From positions 70,900-134,899 of the forward strand of contig JAHJCO010000056.1 in the NCBI GenBank assembly GCA_018831265.1: a stretch of 64,000 nt of DNA, read 5' to 3'. Positions 8,657 through 18,459 of the stretch are shown here, piece by piece (the stretch's first letter is position 1; each line of letters opens with the position of its first letter). Position numbers and translations under genes: made by a program. This stretch comes from Actinomycetota bacterium. GTDB taxonomy: Bacteria > Actinomycetota > Geothermincolia > Fen-727 > Anoxymicrobiaceae. Below the pieces are notes generated by a model. That model saw only the letters and a program-made list of their open reading frames with translations, had not been told where the DNA came from and did not search any database.

Positions 8657-9760
8657 GTGAATTTGAAGCTGTTCCGAAGAGGCTCATCAGGGCGCGAGGT
8701 CGCCGACATCCAGGCCAGGCTCATCGCCGCGGGGTACCTCGACGCCGAGAGCGAGGAGGCCCGCGGAGCGGTCTTCGGGGACGAGACCGACCGCGCGGTG
8801 AGGTCCTTCCAGCAGGCCAGGGGGCTCATCTCCGACGGTATCACCGGCCCGGACACCTGGCGCTGTCTGGTCGACGCCTGCCGGTCGCTGGGGGAGAGGC
8901 TGCTCTATCTGCGCGAGCCGCCGCTTCGCGGGGACGACGTCACCGAGCTCAAGAGGCGGCTCAACTCCCTGGGGTTCTATTCGGGCAAGGAGGACGGCAT
9001 TTTCGACTCCGGCACCGCCCATGCCATCGAGCAGTTCCAGCGCAACAGCGGGCTCGAGGCCGACGGCATGGTAGGCGCCGGTACGGTCGAGGCGCTGCTG
9101 CGACTGGCCCGGGTTACAAAGCCCACCAGTGTTGCCTCGGTCAGGGAGTCGGAGAAGGGCCTGCCCACCGGGGGGATCCAGGATCGCAGGATCATGCTGG
9201 ACCCGGGTCACGGGTACCCGCCGGACCCCGGGGCGGTGGGCCCCGGCGGACTTCGCGAGAGCGAGGTCGCCGAGGAGCTCGCCGACGTCCTGGGGGGGCT
9301 GCTGGTGGATGAAAGCGCGACGGTACTCTACTCGCGCAGGCACGGGGAGTACCTGAGCGACTCAGAGAGGGTCAGGCGGGCCAACGAGCAGACGGTGGAG
9401 CTCGTGGTCTCGCTGCACCTGAACGACTCCACCGATCCCCGCGCCGGCGGCTGCTCCTGCTTCTACTTCGCCCGGGGGAACTATCGCTCCCCCTACGGGA
9501 ACCGCCTGGCCCATCACATCCAGGACGAGCTGATCGCCCGGCTGGCCCTGCAGGACTGCAGGACCCACGGAAGGGCCTACCGCCTCCTCCGCGAGACCAG
9601 GATGCCGGTGGTGGTGGTCGAGCCCGCGTTCATCAGCAACCCCGCGGAGGAGTCGCTGCTGCTCGACCCCGCCTTCCTCCGGAGCGTCGCCTCCGCCGTA
9701 CTCGAAGGGACCGTCAGCTACTTCAGCGGCGTACCCTCGCCGCGGGAGGAAGAGCACTGA
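8657..9760 (+). CDS. N-acetylmuramoyl-L-alanine amidase with two peptidoglycan-binding domains (CwlM-like)
   Basis: PG_binding repeats (FGDETDRAVRSFQQARGLISDG; FDSGTAHAIEQFQRNSGLEADG), Amidase_3 motifs LDPGHG, SLHLN, VVEPAFISN; start at GTG 8657. Confidence 0.88.
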   Translation: MNLKLFRRGSSGREVADIQARLIAAGYLDAESEEARGAVFGDETDRAVRSFQQARGLISDGITGPDTWRCLVDACRSLGERLLYLREPPLRGDDVTELKRRLNSLGFYSGKEDGIFDSGTAHAIEQFQRNSGLEADGMVGAGTVEALLRLARVTKPTSVASVRESEKGLPTGGIQDRRIMLDPGHGYPPDPGAVGPGGLRESEVAEELADVLGGLLVDESATVLYSRRHGEYLSDSERVRRANEQTVELVVSLHLNDSTDPRAGGCSCFYFARGNYRSPYGNRLAHHIQDELIARLALQDCRTHGRAYRLLRETRMPVVVVEPAFISNPAEESLLLDPAFLRSVASAVLEGTVSYFSGVPSPREEEH

Positions 9761-9840
9761 CCCGGTCGGTGCCCCGGAGGCGGACCATCGGCCCCCGCCT
9801 TGACTGCCCCCAGGCATCATCCTAGAATCCATGGTTACAA

Positions 9841-9997
9841 CTGAATAACACGCCACCAGGTGGCATTCGGCCTTAATGGGGAAGCCGGTGAAAATCCGGC
9901 GCGGACGCGCCACTGTGATGGGGAGCGACCCGCATGACCACTGGCGAGAGCCGGGAAGGGCGGGAAGCGTAGAACCAAGCCAGGAGACCTGCCTGGG
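9841..9997 (+). promoter_or_regulatory. Cobalamin (B12) riboswitch
   Basis: AGGT..TAATGGGGAAGCCGGTGAAAATCCGGCGCGG..CGCCACTGTGA, CCACTGG..GGGAAGG, and B12 box AGCCAGGAGACCTGCC. Confidence 0.93.
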
Positions 9998-10045
9998 CGG
10001 ATACCCGGAATCCTCGCGTCTGGGGCATCAAGGGTCAGTTTTTCT

Positions 10046-10081
10046 AACCGCCTTTCCTGCGACGAGGCGGTTTTGCTTTTT
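10046..10081 (+). terminator. Intrinsic terminator, likely riboswitch expression platform
   Basis: AACCGCCT / AGGCGGTT stem followed by TTGCTTTTT, between the aptamer and the first gene. Confidence 0.75.
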
Positions 10082-10166
10082 CCCTGTGATCGGGCGCGGA
10101 GGAGCCGGGGCTCAAAAAGGAGCCGGGTGCGCGTGGCCCCGGCGAGAACGCGAGGAGAGTGGGAAG

Positions 10167-12761
10167 ATGAGAAAGCTGACCGTGATATCGCTGGCCCTGT
10201 TGCTGGTGACCCTCCTGGGGAGCGCGGCGATCGCCGGGGGCGCGGACGAGTGGGGCCAGTACCAGAAAGACGCGCAGCACGTCGGAGCCATCGACCTGTC
10301 GCTGCCCGACACCAACAACGTGAGTAGGCGTACCGACAACATCGGCGCGGTCGACGGCAGCCAGCCCGTGGTGGCGGGCGACAAGGCGTACGTCTATACA
10401 GGCGTCGCTGGCACGTCGGGAGCGATCTACTGTTACAACCTGATCACGGGAGCCAAGGTGTGGAACACAGCCGTCGCGCCGGTGTCTGCCAACGTCAGCT
10501 GGTCCTCCCCGGCGGTGACCGACGGAGTAGTCTACATAGGGTCCGGCTCGAAAGTACAGGCGCTCGACGCGGCGGACGGCGACATCCTATGGACCAGGGA
10601 CCTCGAGGCGATCAACCCCGGCGCCCAGGTCGTAAACAGCTCCCCCGCCGTGGTAGACGGCCGCCTGGTAATCGGGGACTTCGGCAACGGGTGCTACTAC
10701 TGCCTTGACACCAGCGAGAACGGAAAGCTCCTCTGGACGTTCGACCTGGAAGCGAGCTGCATGGCCATGTCCACGGCCTGCATCGCGGGCGACCGGGTGT
10801 TCGTGGGACAGGGCGCGGCCTTCGGCGCCCCGGTGACCCCCAATGGCAAGGTCTGGTGCGTGAACCTGGCATCCGGTGACGCGATCTCCTCCTGGGGCAC
10901 GGGTGGCAGCTTCACCACCGTGGGCAAGCAGGATATGACGGGTACCGTCACCGCCTTCGGCGATTTTATCTACTTCACCGACTTCACCTACGGGGCCGCT
11001 ACGGAGCCCAACTGCTACCTGTACTGCCTCAGGGCTCAGACCGGCGCGGAGGCCTGGAAGGTCCCCGTGTTCGGGTCCGACGGTGCCCCCTCGGTGGTCG
11101 ACGGCTACATCGTCACCAGCGGGCAGGCGGCCGGAGCCTGGCCCGCTCCCGGGGTCAACTGGACGACCTGCGTCTCGGCCGACACCACCACTGGGACCAC
11201 CCCCGAACAGGTCTGGACGAGATCCGGCATCGGAGGCAACACCATGTCGGCCTGCATCGCGAACGACAGAATCGCGGTCGGGACCGGGGTCTCCGGCTGG
11301 CCTCCGTTCACCGCGACGGACCTGTACGTCCTCAAGGCGAGCGACGGGAGCACGGTCTGGCACAGCACGGAGGCCGGCAGCCCGCCGGTCGCCACGCCGT
11401 ACGGCCTGCTCAGCCTGGGCGACGGCAAGATGATCACCTTCGGCGGGGGTACGGCGGCTTCCGACTTCTACTTCGCCGAGGGCACCACGCGCGACGGCTA
11501 CCAGGAGTGGATCTGCCTGGAGAACCCCACCGATACGGCCACCGACGCCGAGATCGACTACATGACCGACACGGGTCAGACCGCCACGCAGGGCGTCAGG
11601 CTGGAGCCCATGACTCGCACCACCATCGACGTGAACCTGTTCATGGGAACGGGCCTCGACGTCTCGGCACACGTGCACGGCCCCGGCCGCTTCGTGGCGG
11701 AGCGCGCCATCTACTTCGAGACCCCGACGATGTGCGGCGGCGAGCAGGTCATGGGGGTGACCGCGCCGTCGAAGAGCCTGCTGTACGCGGAGGGGACCAC
11801 ACGCGCCGGCTTCCAGACCTGGATGGCCCTCGAGAACCCCGGTGAATCGGACGCCAACGTGGTGGTGACCTACCTGTTCGCCGACGGCTCCGAGCCCATC
11901 CAGGAAAACCGGAGGGTGCCCGCGCACAGCCGCATGACCGTGGACGTGAACGCGAAAGTGGGAGCGGATCGTGACGTGAGCATAGCGGTGACCTCCAGCG
12001 TCCCCATCGTGGGCGAGCGCGTGATGTACTTCACCCTTCCCACCCCGATACTCGGTGTCAACCCCGCCGGCGTGCACAACTGCACCGGGGTGGACGGCGG
12101 CCGGACCACCTGGTACTTCGCCGAGGGCACCACCAGGCAGAACTTCTCGGAGTGGCTCTGCCTGATGAACCCGGGGGCCGTTGACGCTACCGCGACCGTT
12201 GAGTACCTGGCGCCGGGAGGGGTGTTGAAGACCCAGACGGCCGCCGTGCCCGCCAACTCCAGGTTCACCGTCAGCGTGAACCAGGAGGTCGGCCCCGACG
12301 CCGACGTGGGAATGCTGGTGACCTCCGACAGGCCCCTGGTCGCCGAGCGGCCGATGTACTTCCAGTTCTGTCCAGTCGACGTGGCGGGGCAGATATGGGG
12401 TGGCGGGCACGACTCCGCGGGGGCGCCGTATTCCGCCTACCGCTGGGAGTTCGCCGAGGGGTGCACAAGGGACGGCTACCAGACGTTCCTGTGCATCTCC
12501 AATCCCGGTCCCGCTGATGCCCCCGTGACGATCGACTACTACATCCAGACATCCGAGGGGGGGACGGAGACCATGACCGAGGAGGTGACGGTTCCCGCCC
12601 GCTCGCGCATCACCGTGTTCGTGAACGACTCGGTCGGCCCTGGAAGGGACGTGGCGGCCGACGTGTCATCGACCGTTCCGGTGGTCGTCGAGCGCCCCAT
12701 GTACTTCGGGGGAATACGTTGCGGCGGTGGGGACTCCCGGGGGCTTCCCGCGGCGCTCTAG
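10167..12761 (+). CDS. Secreted PQQ-like/BamB-type beta-propeller protein with four C-terminal 'FAEGxTR' (DUF5719-like) modules
   Basis: Signal peptide MRKLTVISLALLLVTLLGSAAIA; propeller repeats (SSPAVTDGVVYIG, SSPAVVDGRLVIG, W-closing blades); repeats YFAEGTTRDGYQEW, LYAEGTTRAGFQTW, YFAEGTTRQNFSEW, EFAEGCTRDGYQTF. Start moved from 9876 to ATG 10167. Confidence 0.75.
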   Translation: MRKLTVISLALLLVTLLGSAAIAGGADEWGQYQKDAQHVGAIDLSLPDTNNVSRRTDNIGAVDGSQPVVAGDKAYVYTGVAGTSGAIYCYNLITGAKVWNTAVAPVSANVSWSSPAVTDGVVYIGSGSKVQALDAADGDILWTRDLEAINPGAQVVNSSPAVVDGRLVIGDFGNGCYYCLDTSENGKLLWTFDLEASCMAMSTACIAGDRVFVGQGAAFGAPVTPNGKVWCVNLASGDAISSWGTGGSFTTVGKQDMTGTVTAFGDFIYFTDFTYGAATEPNCYLYCLRAQTGAEAWKVPVFGSDGAPSVVDGYIVTSGQAAGAWPAPGVNWTTCVSADTTTGTTPEQVWTRSGIGGNTMSACIANDRIAVGTGVSGWPPFTATDLYVLKASDGSTVWHSTEAGSPPVATPYGLLSLGDGKMITFGGGTAASDFYFAEGTTRDGYQEWICLENPTDTATDAEIDYMTDTGQTATQGVRLEPMTRTTIDVNLFMGTGLDVSAHVHGPGRFVAERAIYFETPTMCGGEQVMGVTAPSKSLLYAEGTTRAGFQTWMALENPGESDANVVVTYLFADGSEPIQENRRVPAHSRMTVDVNAKVGADRDVSIAVTSSVPIVGERVMYFTLPTPILGVNPAGVHNCTGVDGGRTTWYFAEGTTRQNFSEWLCLMNPGAVDATATVEYLAPGGVLKTQTAAVPANSRFTVSVNQEVGPDADVGMLVTSDRPLVAERPMYFQFCPVDVAGQIWGGGHDSAGAPYSAYRWEFAEGCTRDGYQTFLCISNPGPADAPVTIDYYIQTSEGGTETMTEEVTVPARSRITVFVNDSVGPGRDVAADVSSTVPVVVERPMYFGGIRCGGGDSRGLPAAL

Positions 12762-12809
12762 CCGAGCCTGAGACCGGATCCCCGGGAGAATCGTCGCTGG
12801 AGATCGAAG

Positions 12810-13775
12810 GTGGAAAGAACGACCAGGCGGGTCCTCATATGGGTCGCGGCGGCGCTGGCCGTCTGCGCGGTGCTTTTCGTCTCCCTGCGCGGCTGCACGC
12901 TGATGCCCTGGAACCGCCGGACCGGCGGGGGGGGCACGGTCTCGGTGAAGGTGACGCGCGACTTCGGGCGCGCGAAGGTGCGGAGCGCGTCGGTGCCTTT
13001 CCGCAACGGGATGTCCGTGATGGACGCCCTCTCCTCCACGGCGGATGTGCAGACCGATTACGGAGGCGGCTTCGTGACCTCCATCCAGGGCATCGGTTCC
13101 ACTTCCGTGGAGGGGGGGCCGGCCGACTGGTTCTACTACGTGAACGGCGTCCTTTCAGACCTGGGGGCCGACCAGTTCGAGGTCGGGGCGGGCGACCTCG
13201 TCTGGTGGGACCTGCACAGCTGGAAGGAGGGGGGCTACCTGCCCGCCGTCATCGGCGCCTACCCCCGCCCCTTCGCAGGAGGGTTCAGGGACCTGAAGGA
13301 CTCGACTCTTCTGGCCGGCGGCGGTATGGACGCGGTCGCGCGCGACGCCGGGGCATACCTGGAGGGTCACGGCGCACGCCTCACGTATCTCCACGGCCTT
13401 CAGGGCTTCGATCCCGGGGGAGCCGCCGGGCCGACCATGGTGATAACATCGGGGAGAGAGGCCGCGGCAACTCCGTGGATCGCCTCGCTGCTCGAGAGCC
13501 CCGTGCGCGGCGGCGCGTTCATCCGTCTCGAGGACGATGAGATCGTGCCGCTCGACGAGGAGGGGGAGCCCGCGCCGATCGAGGGCGAGGTCCTGGCCGC
13601 GATCGTGAGCACGGGAGAGGGGATGGGGGATGACTCGCCGGTATGGCTGGTCGTCTGCAGGGGCGAGCAGGGTGCGCGGATCGCGACCGCCGTCCTGCTC
13701 GATGGGGGCAGGCTCAACGACATGATGGGCGCCGTAGTGGACGCGGACGGCACCGTCTACGGACTGCCGAGGTGA
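12810..13775 (+). CDS. Membrane-anchored DUF4430 (transcobalamin beta-domain-like) protein
   Basis: N-terminal TM helix; SVMDAL..YGGGFVTSIQGI..WFYYVNG..GADQFEVGAGDLVWW pattern; B12 operon context. Confidence 0.8.
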   Translation: MERTTRRVLIWVAAALAVCAVLFVSLRGCTLMPWNRRTGGGGTVSVKVTRDFGRAKVRSASVPFRNGMSVMDALSSTADVQTDYGGGFVTSIQGIGSTSVEGGPADWFYYVNGVLSDLGADQFEVGAGDLVWWDLHSWKEGGYLPAVIGAYPRPFAGGFRDLKDSTLLAGGGMDAVARDAGAYLEGHGARLTYLHGLQGFDPGGAAGPTMVITSGREAAATPWIASLLESPVRGGAFIRLEDDEIVPLDEEGEPAPIEGEVLAAIVSTGEGMGDDSPVWLVVCRGEQGARIATAVLLDGGRLNDMMGAVVDADGTVYGLPR

Positions 13776-13782
13776 TTCCGCC

Positions 13783-14703
13783 ATGATGCCCGCCTACAGG
13801 ATGAAACACGGCCTGCTGCAGGAGTCGCACCCGCTCACGCCGCTGCTCCTGGCATGCTCCCTGCTGCTTCTCTGCCTGCTCTCGAGCAACCCCTTGAGCC
13901 AGCTGTCCGCCATCGCCGCCTCGGCGATCCTCGCTCTATCGTCAGGGGTGCTGCGCGAGTGGGCATCCTGGTGGAAGCTGTGTCTGGTTGTCTTTATCAT
14001 GGCACTGGTCATAAACCCGCTGGTGGCCAGGGCCGGCGCCACCGTCATCTGGCAGGGCCCGAGCCTGCCCGTCCTGGGCCGCCTCCAGGTCACGGCCGAG
14101 GCCGTCGCCTTCGGCGCTGTCATGGGACTGCGGCTCGCCGCCGTCATCTGGGTCTTCGCGCTGGTGACCGTACTGGTCGACCCCGACTCCGTACTGGGGC
14201 TCTTGAAGGGGCACGGTTCGCGCTCGGCACTGGCGAGCGCGCTCAGCATGAGGATGGTCCCGACCACCTTCCGCGACGCTTCCGACCTGCTGGACGCACA
14301 GCGGGCCCGCGGGCTGGTGCGTGACAGCGGCGGGCGCCTCACGAAGCTGAAGAGCCGTCTGCCCCTTGTCCGAAGGATGCTGGCGACCTCGCTGGACCGG
14401 GGAATAGGAATGGCGGAGGCGATGGAGTCGCGGGGCTACGGGTCGTCCCGGCGCACCCGCTACAGGGAGTATGCCCTGCGGGGCAGGGACGTCGCCGGCC
14501 TTTCGGCCGCAGCCTGCATCGCGGTGGTGGTGATCTCCGGCGTCGCCTCCGGCGCACTCACCGTCTCCTTCTACCCACGCCTGTCCATGGATCACCCGGC
14601 GGGGGCCATGATCGCCGCAGCGGTCCCCGTCCTGGCCGCACTCGCGCTCCTGGGGCTATCGAGGTTATGGAAGAGATCGAACTGGTTGAAATCGAGAATC
14701 TGA
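13783..14703 (+). CDS. ECF transporter transmembrane T component
   Basis: HPLT start, multiple TMs, AQRARG and AMESRGY coupling motifs. Confidence 0.92.
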   Translation: MMPAYRMKHGLLQESHPLTPLLLACSLLLLCLLSSNPLSQLSAIAASAILALSSGVLREWASWWKLCLVVFIMALVINPLVARAGATVIWQGPSLPVLGRLQVTAEAVAFGAVMGLRLAAVIWVFALVTVLVDPDSVLGLLKGHGSRSALASALSMRMVPTTFRDASDLLDAQRARGLVRDSGGRLTKLKSRLPLVRRMLATSLDRGIGMAEAMESRGYGSSRRTRYREYALRGRDVAGLSAAACIAVVVISGVASGALTVSFYPRLSMDHPAGAMIAAAVPVLAALALLGLSRLWKRSNWLKSRI

Positions 14704-16367
14704 GCTACAGCTACCCCGGTGGCGCGGACCCCGCCCTGCGTGGGGTCTGCCTTACCGTGCGCGAGGGCGAGTTCGTCCTGCTGCTGGGCGCGTCGGGGTC
14801 CGGCAAGTCTACCCTGTGCAGGGCCGTCAACGGGCTGGTGCCCCACTTCTACGGCGGGCGGATGTCCGGCTCGGTGCGCGTCGCCGGAGTTGACACCACC
14901 TCCGCCGAGGTCAGGGACCTTGCCCGCATTGTGGGAATGGTGTTCCAGGATCCCGAGAACCAGATGGTCACCGAGAACCCCACCAGCGAGATCGCCTTCG
15001 GGTGTGAGAACATCGGGCTCGAGCGCCTCCAGATGCGAAAGCGCGTGGAGGAAGCGCTCGCGAACCTGCGGCTGAGTCCCCTGAGAGACAGGAGGGTGGC
15101 CGAGCTGTCCGGCGGAGAGAAGCAGAAGGTGGCCCTCGCCTCCGTCCTGGTCATGCACCCCCGCGTGCTGGTGCTGGACGAGCCCACCAGCCAGCTCGAC
15201 CCCATCAGCGCCGGGGAGTTCCTCTCCACGCTCAAGTCCCTCAACGACGAGCTGGGCCTCGCGGTGCTCCTCGCGGAACACCGCGTCGAGCGATGCTTCC
15301 ACTTCGCCGACCGGGTGGTCGTGCTCGAGGACGGAGAGGTCGCCTTCGACGGCGAGCCGGCCGAGCTGGCATCCTGGGCGCTGCAGAAGCCCTGGGTGCC
15401 GCTCCCCCCCATCACCAGGCTCTTCTCGGGCCTGAACGGGGCGAGCCCTCCACTGACCGTGAAGGAGGGCAGGCTAAGGGTCGCGGAGCTCGCCCGCGGT
15501 GGTGAACCCGGCGGCACGGACCGCCGGGGGCCGTCTGCGGCCCCGGGGGCCGGTACCGGTCCCGGGTCACACGGGGACGCGCCGGAGCCCGGGGTCGAGG
15601 TGAAGGGCCTGTGGCACATCTACCACGACGGGACCGAGGCACTGCGGGGAGTAGACCTCTCCATCCGGCAGGGTGAGTTCCTGGCCATAATCGGCGAGAA
15701 CGGCTCGGGCAAGAGCACGCTGGTCAGGCATTTCAACGGCGTGCTCCTCCCCACGCGGGGCGAGGTCCGCGTCGAAGGCCTGGACACCAGGGGGGTCGAG
15801 GTGGCACGGCTCGCCGCCTCCTGCGGGATGCTCCCCCAGAACCCGAACCTCCAGCTCATCGCCGACGACACGGACAGGGAGTTGAAGACCACGCTGGAGG
15901 CAATGGGGCTCCCCGCCGGCTCGTGGGACCGGATGGTGGAAGAGACCCTCGGGCTCCTGGGCCTCGAGCGGTTCCGCTTTCACGATCCGGCAACCCTCTC
16001 CTGCGGGCAGCGCGAGCTGGTCGCGCTGGCCTCGGTGGTGGTGGCGAGGCCGCCGGTGCTCATCCTCGACGAGCCGTCGCGCGGTGTGGACCAGGGGACC
16101 AAGGAGCGCCTGGGCGCGTTCCTCGAGCGCTACAACGAGGAAGGCAACACGGTGGTGCTGGTCACCCACGATCTCGAGTTCGCTGCCCAGTGGGCCGGGC
16201 GAGTCCTCCTGATGGGAAGCGGCCGGGTCCTGGCCGACGGGGACAAGCACAGCGTCCTGGCCGAGTCGCTATTCTTCACCACCCAGTACAACAAGTGCTT
16301 CAGGGGAGTGGATCCCTCGGTGGTGACGCGCGACGAGGCGGCGGCTGCTCTGGAGGTGCTCAAGTGA
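14667..16367 (+). CDS. ECF transporter fused double ATPase (AA')
   Basis: Two NBDs: GASGSGKST/LSGGEKQK/DEPTSQLD and GENGSGKST/LSCGQRE/DEPSRG; FQDPENQ Q-loop. Confidence 0.95.
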   Translation: MEEIELVEIENLSYSYPGGADPALRGVCLTVREGEFVLLLGASGSGKSTLCRAVNGLVPHFYGGRMSGSVRVAGVDTTSAEVRDLARIVGMVFQDPENQMVTENPTSEIAFGCENIGLERLQMRKRVEEALANLRLSPLRDRRVAELSGGEKQKVALASVLVMHPRVLVLDEPTSQLDPISAGEFLSTLKSLNDELGLAVLLAEHRVERCFHFADRVVVLEDGEVAFDGEPAELASWALQKPWVPLPPITRLFSGLNGASPPLTVKEGRLRVAELARGGEPGGTDRRGPSAAPGAGTGPGSHGDAPEPGVEVKGLWHIYHDGTEALRGVDLSIRQGEFLAIIGENGSGKSTLVRHFNGVLLPTRGEVRVEGLDTRGVEVARLAASCGMLPQNPNLQLIADDTDRELKTTLEAMGLPAGSWDRMVEETLGLLGLERFRFHDPATLSCGQRELVALASVVVARPPVLILDEPSRGVDQGTKERLGAFLERYNEEGNTVVLVTHDLEFAAQWAGRVLLMGSGRVLADGDKHSVLAESLFFTTQYNKCFRGVDPSVVTRDEAAAALEVLK

Positions 16368-17143
16368 GGAAGTCCACGGTCGCCTTCCTAGTTCTGCTGG
16401 GATTCCTGGGGCTCTGGGCCGTCGGCGAGTCGCTGGAGATCGGGGTCCTGTCCAACCTCGCTTTCATGACCCTCGTCGCGGTCGCGCTCGTCCTGGCCTA
16501 CTTCTACCTGCGATTCGAGGAGAGGAGGAGCGATACCAAGCTGGTCGCCCTCATCGCCACCATGTCGGCGCTCTCGGTGGGCGGGAGGTGCCTCTTCGCC
16601 GCCATACCGGGTGTACAGCCCTCGACGTTCATAGTGATCATAACCGGCTACGTGTACGGCCCGCTGGCCGGCTTCATGGTCGGGGCCACCACGGCCCTGG
16701 TCTCCAACATCTTCCTCGGCCACGGGCCCTGGACGATCTGGCAGATGTTCGCCTGGGGCCTTGCCGGGCTGGTGTCGGGCCTGCTCGGCCGCTGGAGGCT
16801 GCTGGAGGGAAGGTGGAGCCTCGCGTGGTACTGCGCGGCCTGGGGCCTGCTGTTCGGATGGATATTGAACGTGTACTTCGTCCTTGGCTTCGTGCACCCC
16901 GTCACCACCGGTGCGTTCCTGGCCACATACGCCGCCTCCGCCTGGTTCGACGCGCTACACGCGGCGGGTAACTTCGTCTTCGCCTTCGCCCTCGGCCCCG
17001 TGATGATAGCGATGCTGCGCAGGTACCAGGCCCGCTTCTTCTTCGAGCATGTCGCTCCCTCTCCCCCGGGGGGTCAGGGTGAGGGGGGATTCCACGCCGG
17101 ATCCGGCCATGATGTCACGGAGGTGGAGGTGCCGGGATCGTGA
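16364..17143 (+). CDS. cbrT: ECF S component, cobalamin-type (CbrT-like)
   Basis: RCLFAAIPGVQP, GFMVGATTALVSNIFLGHGPWTIWQMFAWG, FDALHAAGN; GTG 16364 overlaps the ATPase stop; under a B12 riboswitch. Confidence 0.82.
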   Translation: MRKSTVAFLVLLGFLGLWAVGESLEIGVLSNLAFMTLVAVALVLAYFYLRFEERRSDTKLVALIATMSALSVGGRCLFAAIPGVQPSTFIVIITGYVYGPLAGFMVGATTALVSNIFLGHGPWTIWQMFAWGLAGLVSGLLGRWRLLEGRWSLAWYCAAWGLLFGWILNVYFVLGFVHPVTTGAFLATYAASAWFDALHAAGNFVFAFALGPVMIAMLRRYQARFFFEHVAPSPPGGQGEGGFHAGSGHDVTEVEVPGS

Positions 17144-18459
17144 GGGTGATCGTGGTCGCGGCATGCCTCCTGGCTCTTCTCGCGCCGGCCGCCGGAGCGA
17201 GCGGTCTGCCCGCCTCCGCATCGGCCGATCCGGTGGACCGCGCAGTCGCCTACCTCCTGGGGCGCCAGCTCCCCGACGGCGGGTTCGCCGAGCCTGAAGC
17301 GTCATCCTCAGACACGCTGACCGCCTGGGTGACCTGCGCGATCTCTTCGGCGGGGATCGACGTCCGCAGCGTCAGGAGCGGCGGCGCCTCGCCGCTGGAC
17401 TTCCTCTCGGGCCGTGCCCCCTCATGGAGCAAGCTGACCGATATCGAGAAGGGATGCCTGGCGGTGTGCTGCGCCGGGGCCGATCCCCGCTCGTTCGGCG
17501 GGCGTGACCTCGTCGCCGAGATCAAGGCGCGAGCCGCGGCGGACGGCCACATCGGGGACCTGGTCAACGAGCACTGCTGGGGCCTCATCGCGCTCGCGGC
17601 GGCAGGTGAGCCCGCCCCCGGGGGCTCCGTCGAATGGCTGTCCGCCAGGCAGAACATCGACGGCGGCTTCGGCTACGGGGCGGACAGCGGCAGCGACCCC
17701 GACGACACGGGCGGCGCGCTCCAGGCGCTTATCGCGGCGGGGGCCGACAGGGGCTCTAACACCGTCGCGCGGGCGCTCTCCTACCTGATGTTCTGCCAGC
17801 AGGATGACGGGGGATTCGCCTGGCAGTCGGCCGGCTCGAACGTAGGCTCCACCGCCTGGGCCGTCCAGGGCATCTGCGCGGCCGGAGGGGACCCCGCTTC
17901 CCAGGACTGGACCATCTCGGGCAACACGCCTGTCGACTTCATCCAGGGGATGCAGCAGCCGGACGGCCACTTCAAGTACTCGTCCGGAACCGACACCAAC
18001 CCGGTCTGGATGACGGCCGAGGCGGTGCCGGCGATACTCGGCACCCCCTTCCCCCTCGACAAGGAGGATGACCAGGCCGTGACCGGCACCCCCGGCCAGC
18101 AGAGCACGGTCTCGGGCAACCCCGGCGCCACGGATACACAGGCGGGGCGGGAAGCCACGCCGGGGGCCGAGGGCGACGGGGGGTCGGACGCCCCCGGCTC
18201 GCTGTTCTCTGGGTCTGCCGATGGCGATTTGAGCCCCCCGGGGGTCGAGGGCTACAGCGAGGCGGCCGGCGGGGCCGGTCGCTCGGAAGGCGGGGGGACC
18301 ACCCTGGTGGTGTTCCTGGTCTTCTGCGGCATGTACCTGGTCCTGCTGGGCCTGCTCTTCCTGGTCCTCTACGTCCGGCTCGGCCCTCCGGGACCGGGCG
18401 GCGTTCAACCTTCAGCGCGATATCGCCATCCCAAGTCGCCAGAAGCATTACCGCTGTGA
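17140..18459 (+). CDS. Exported prenyltransferase/squalene-oxidase-repeat (alpha/alpha barrel) protein with C-terminal membrane anchor
   Basis: Signal peptide; QxxDGGF repeats (QLPDGGF, QNIDGGF, QQDDGGF, QQPDGHF); G/S/P-rich linker; C-terminal hydrophobic helix. Confidence 0.75.
   Translation: MRVIVVAACLLALLAPAAGASGLPASASADPVDRAVAYLLGRQLPDGGFAEPEASSSDTLTAWVTCAISSAGIDVRSVRSGGASPLDFLSGRAPSWSKLTDIEKGCLAVCCAGADPRSFGGRDLVAEIKARAAADGHIGDLVNEHCWGLIALAAAGEPAPGGSVEWLSARQNIDGGFGYGADSGSDPDDTGGALQALIAAGADRGSNTVARALSYLMFCQQDDGGFAWQSAGSNVGSTAWAVQGICAAGGDPASQDWTISGNTPVDFIQGMQQPDGHFKYSSGTDTNPVWMTAEAVPAILGTPFPLDKEDDQAVTGTPGQQSTVSGNPGATDTQAGREATPGAEGDGGSDAPGSLFSGSADGDLSPPGVEGYSEAAGGAGRSEGGGTTLVVFLVFCGMYLVLLGLLFLVLYVRLGPPGPGGVQPSARYRHPKSPEALPL

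Noticed and set aside
9876-10166. 97-aa N-terminal extension of the propeller protein
   Set aside because: Overlaps the riboswitch and terminator; signal peptide begins at ATG 10167
17140-18459. Squalene-hopene cyclase call (DPDDT resembles DXDD)
   Set aside because: Only about 300 aa of barrel, with a signal peptide and C-terminal anchor; SHC is a roughly 630-aa two-barrel cytoplasmic-face enzyme. Some catalytic activity is not excluded
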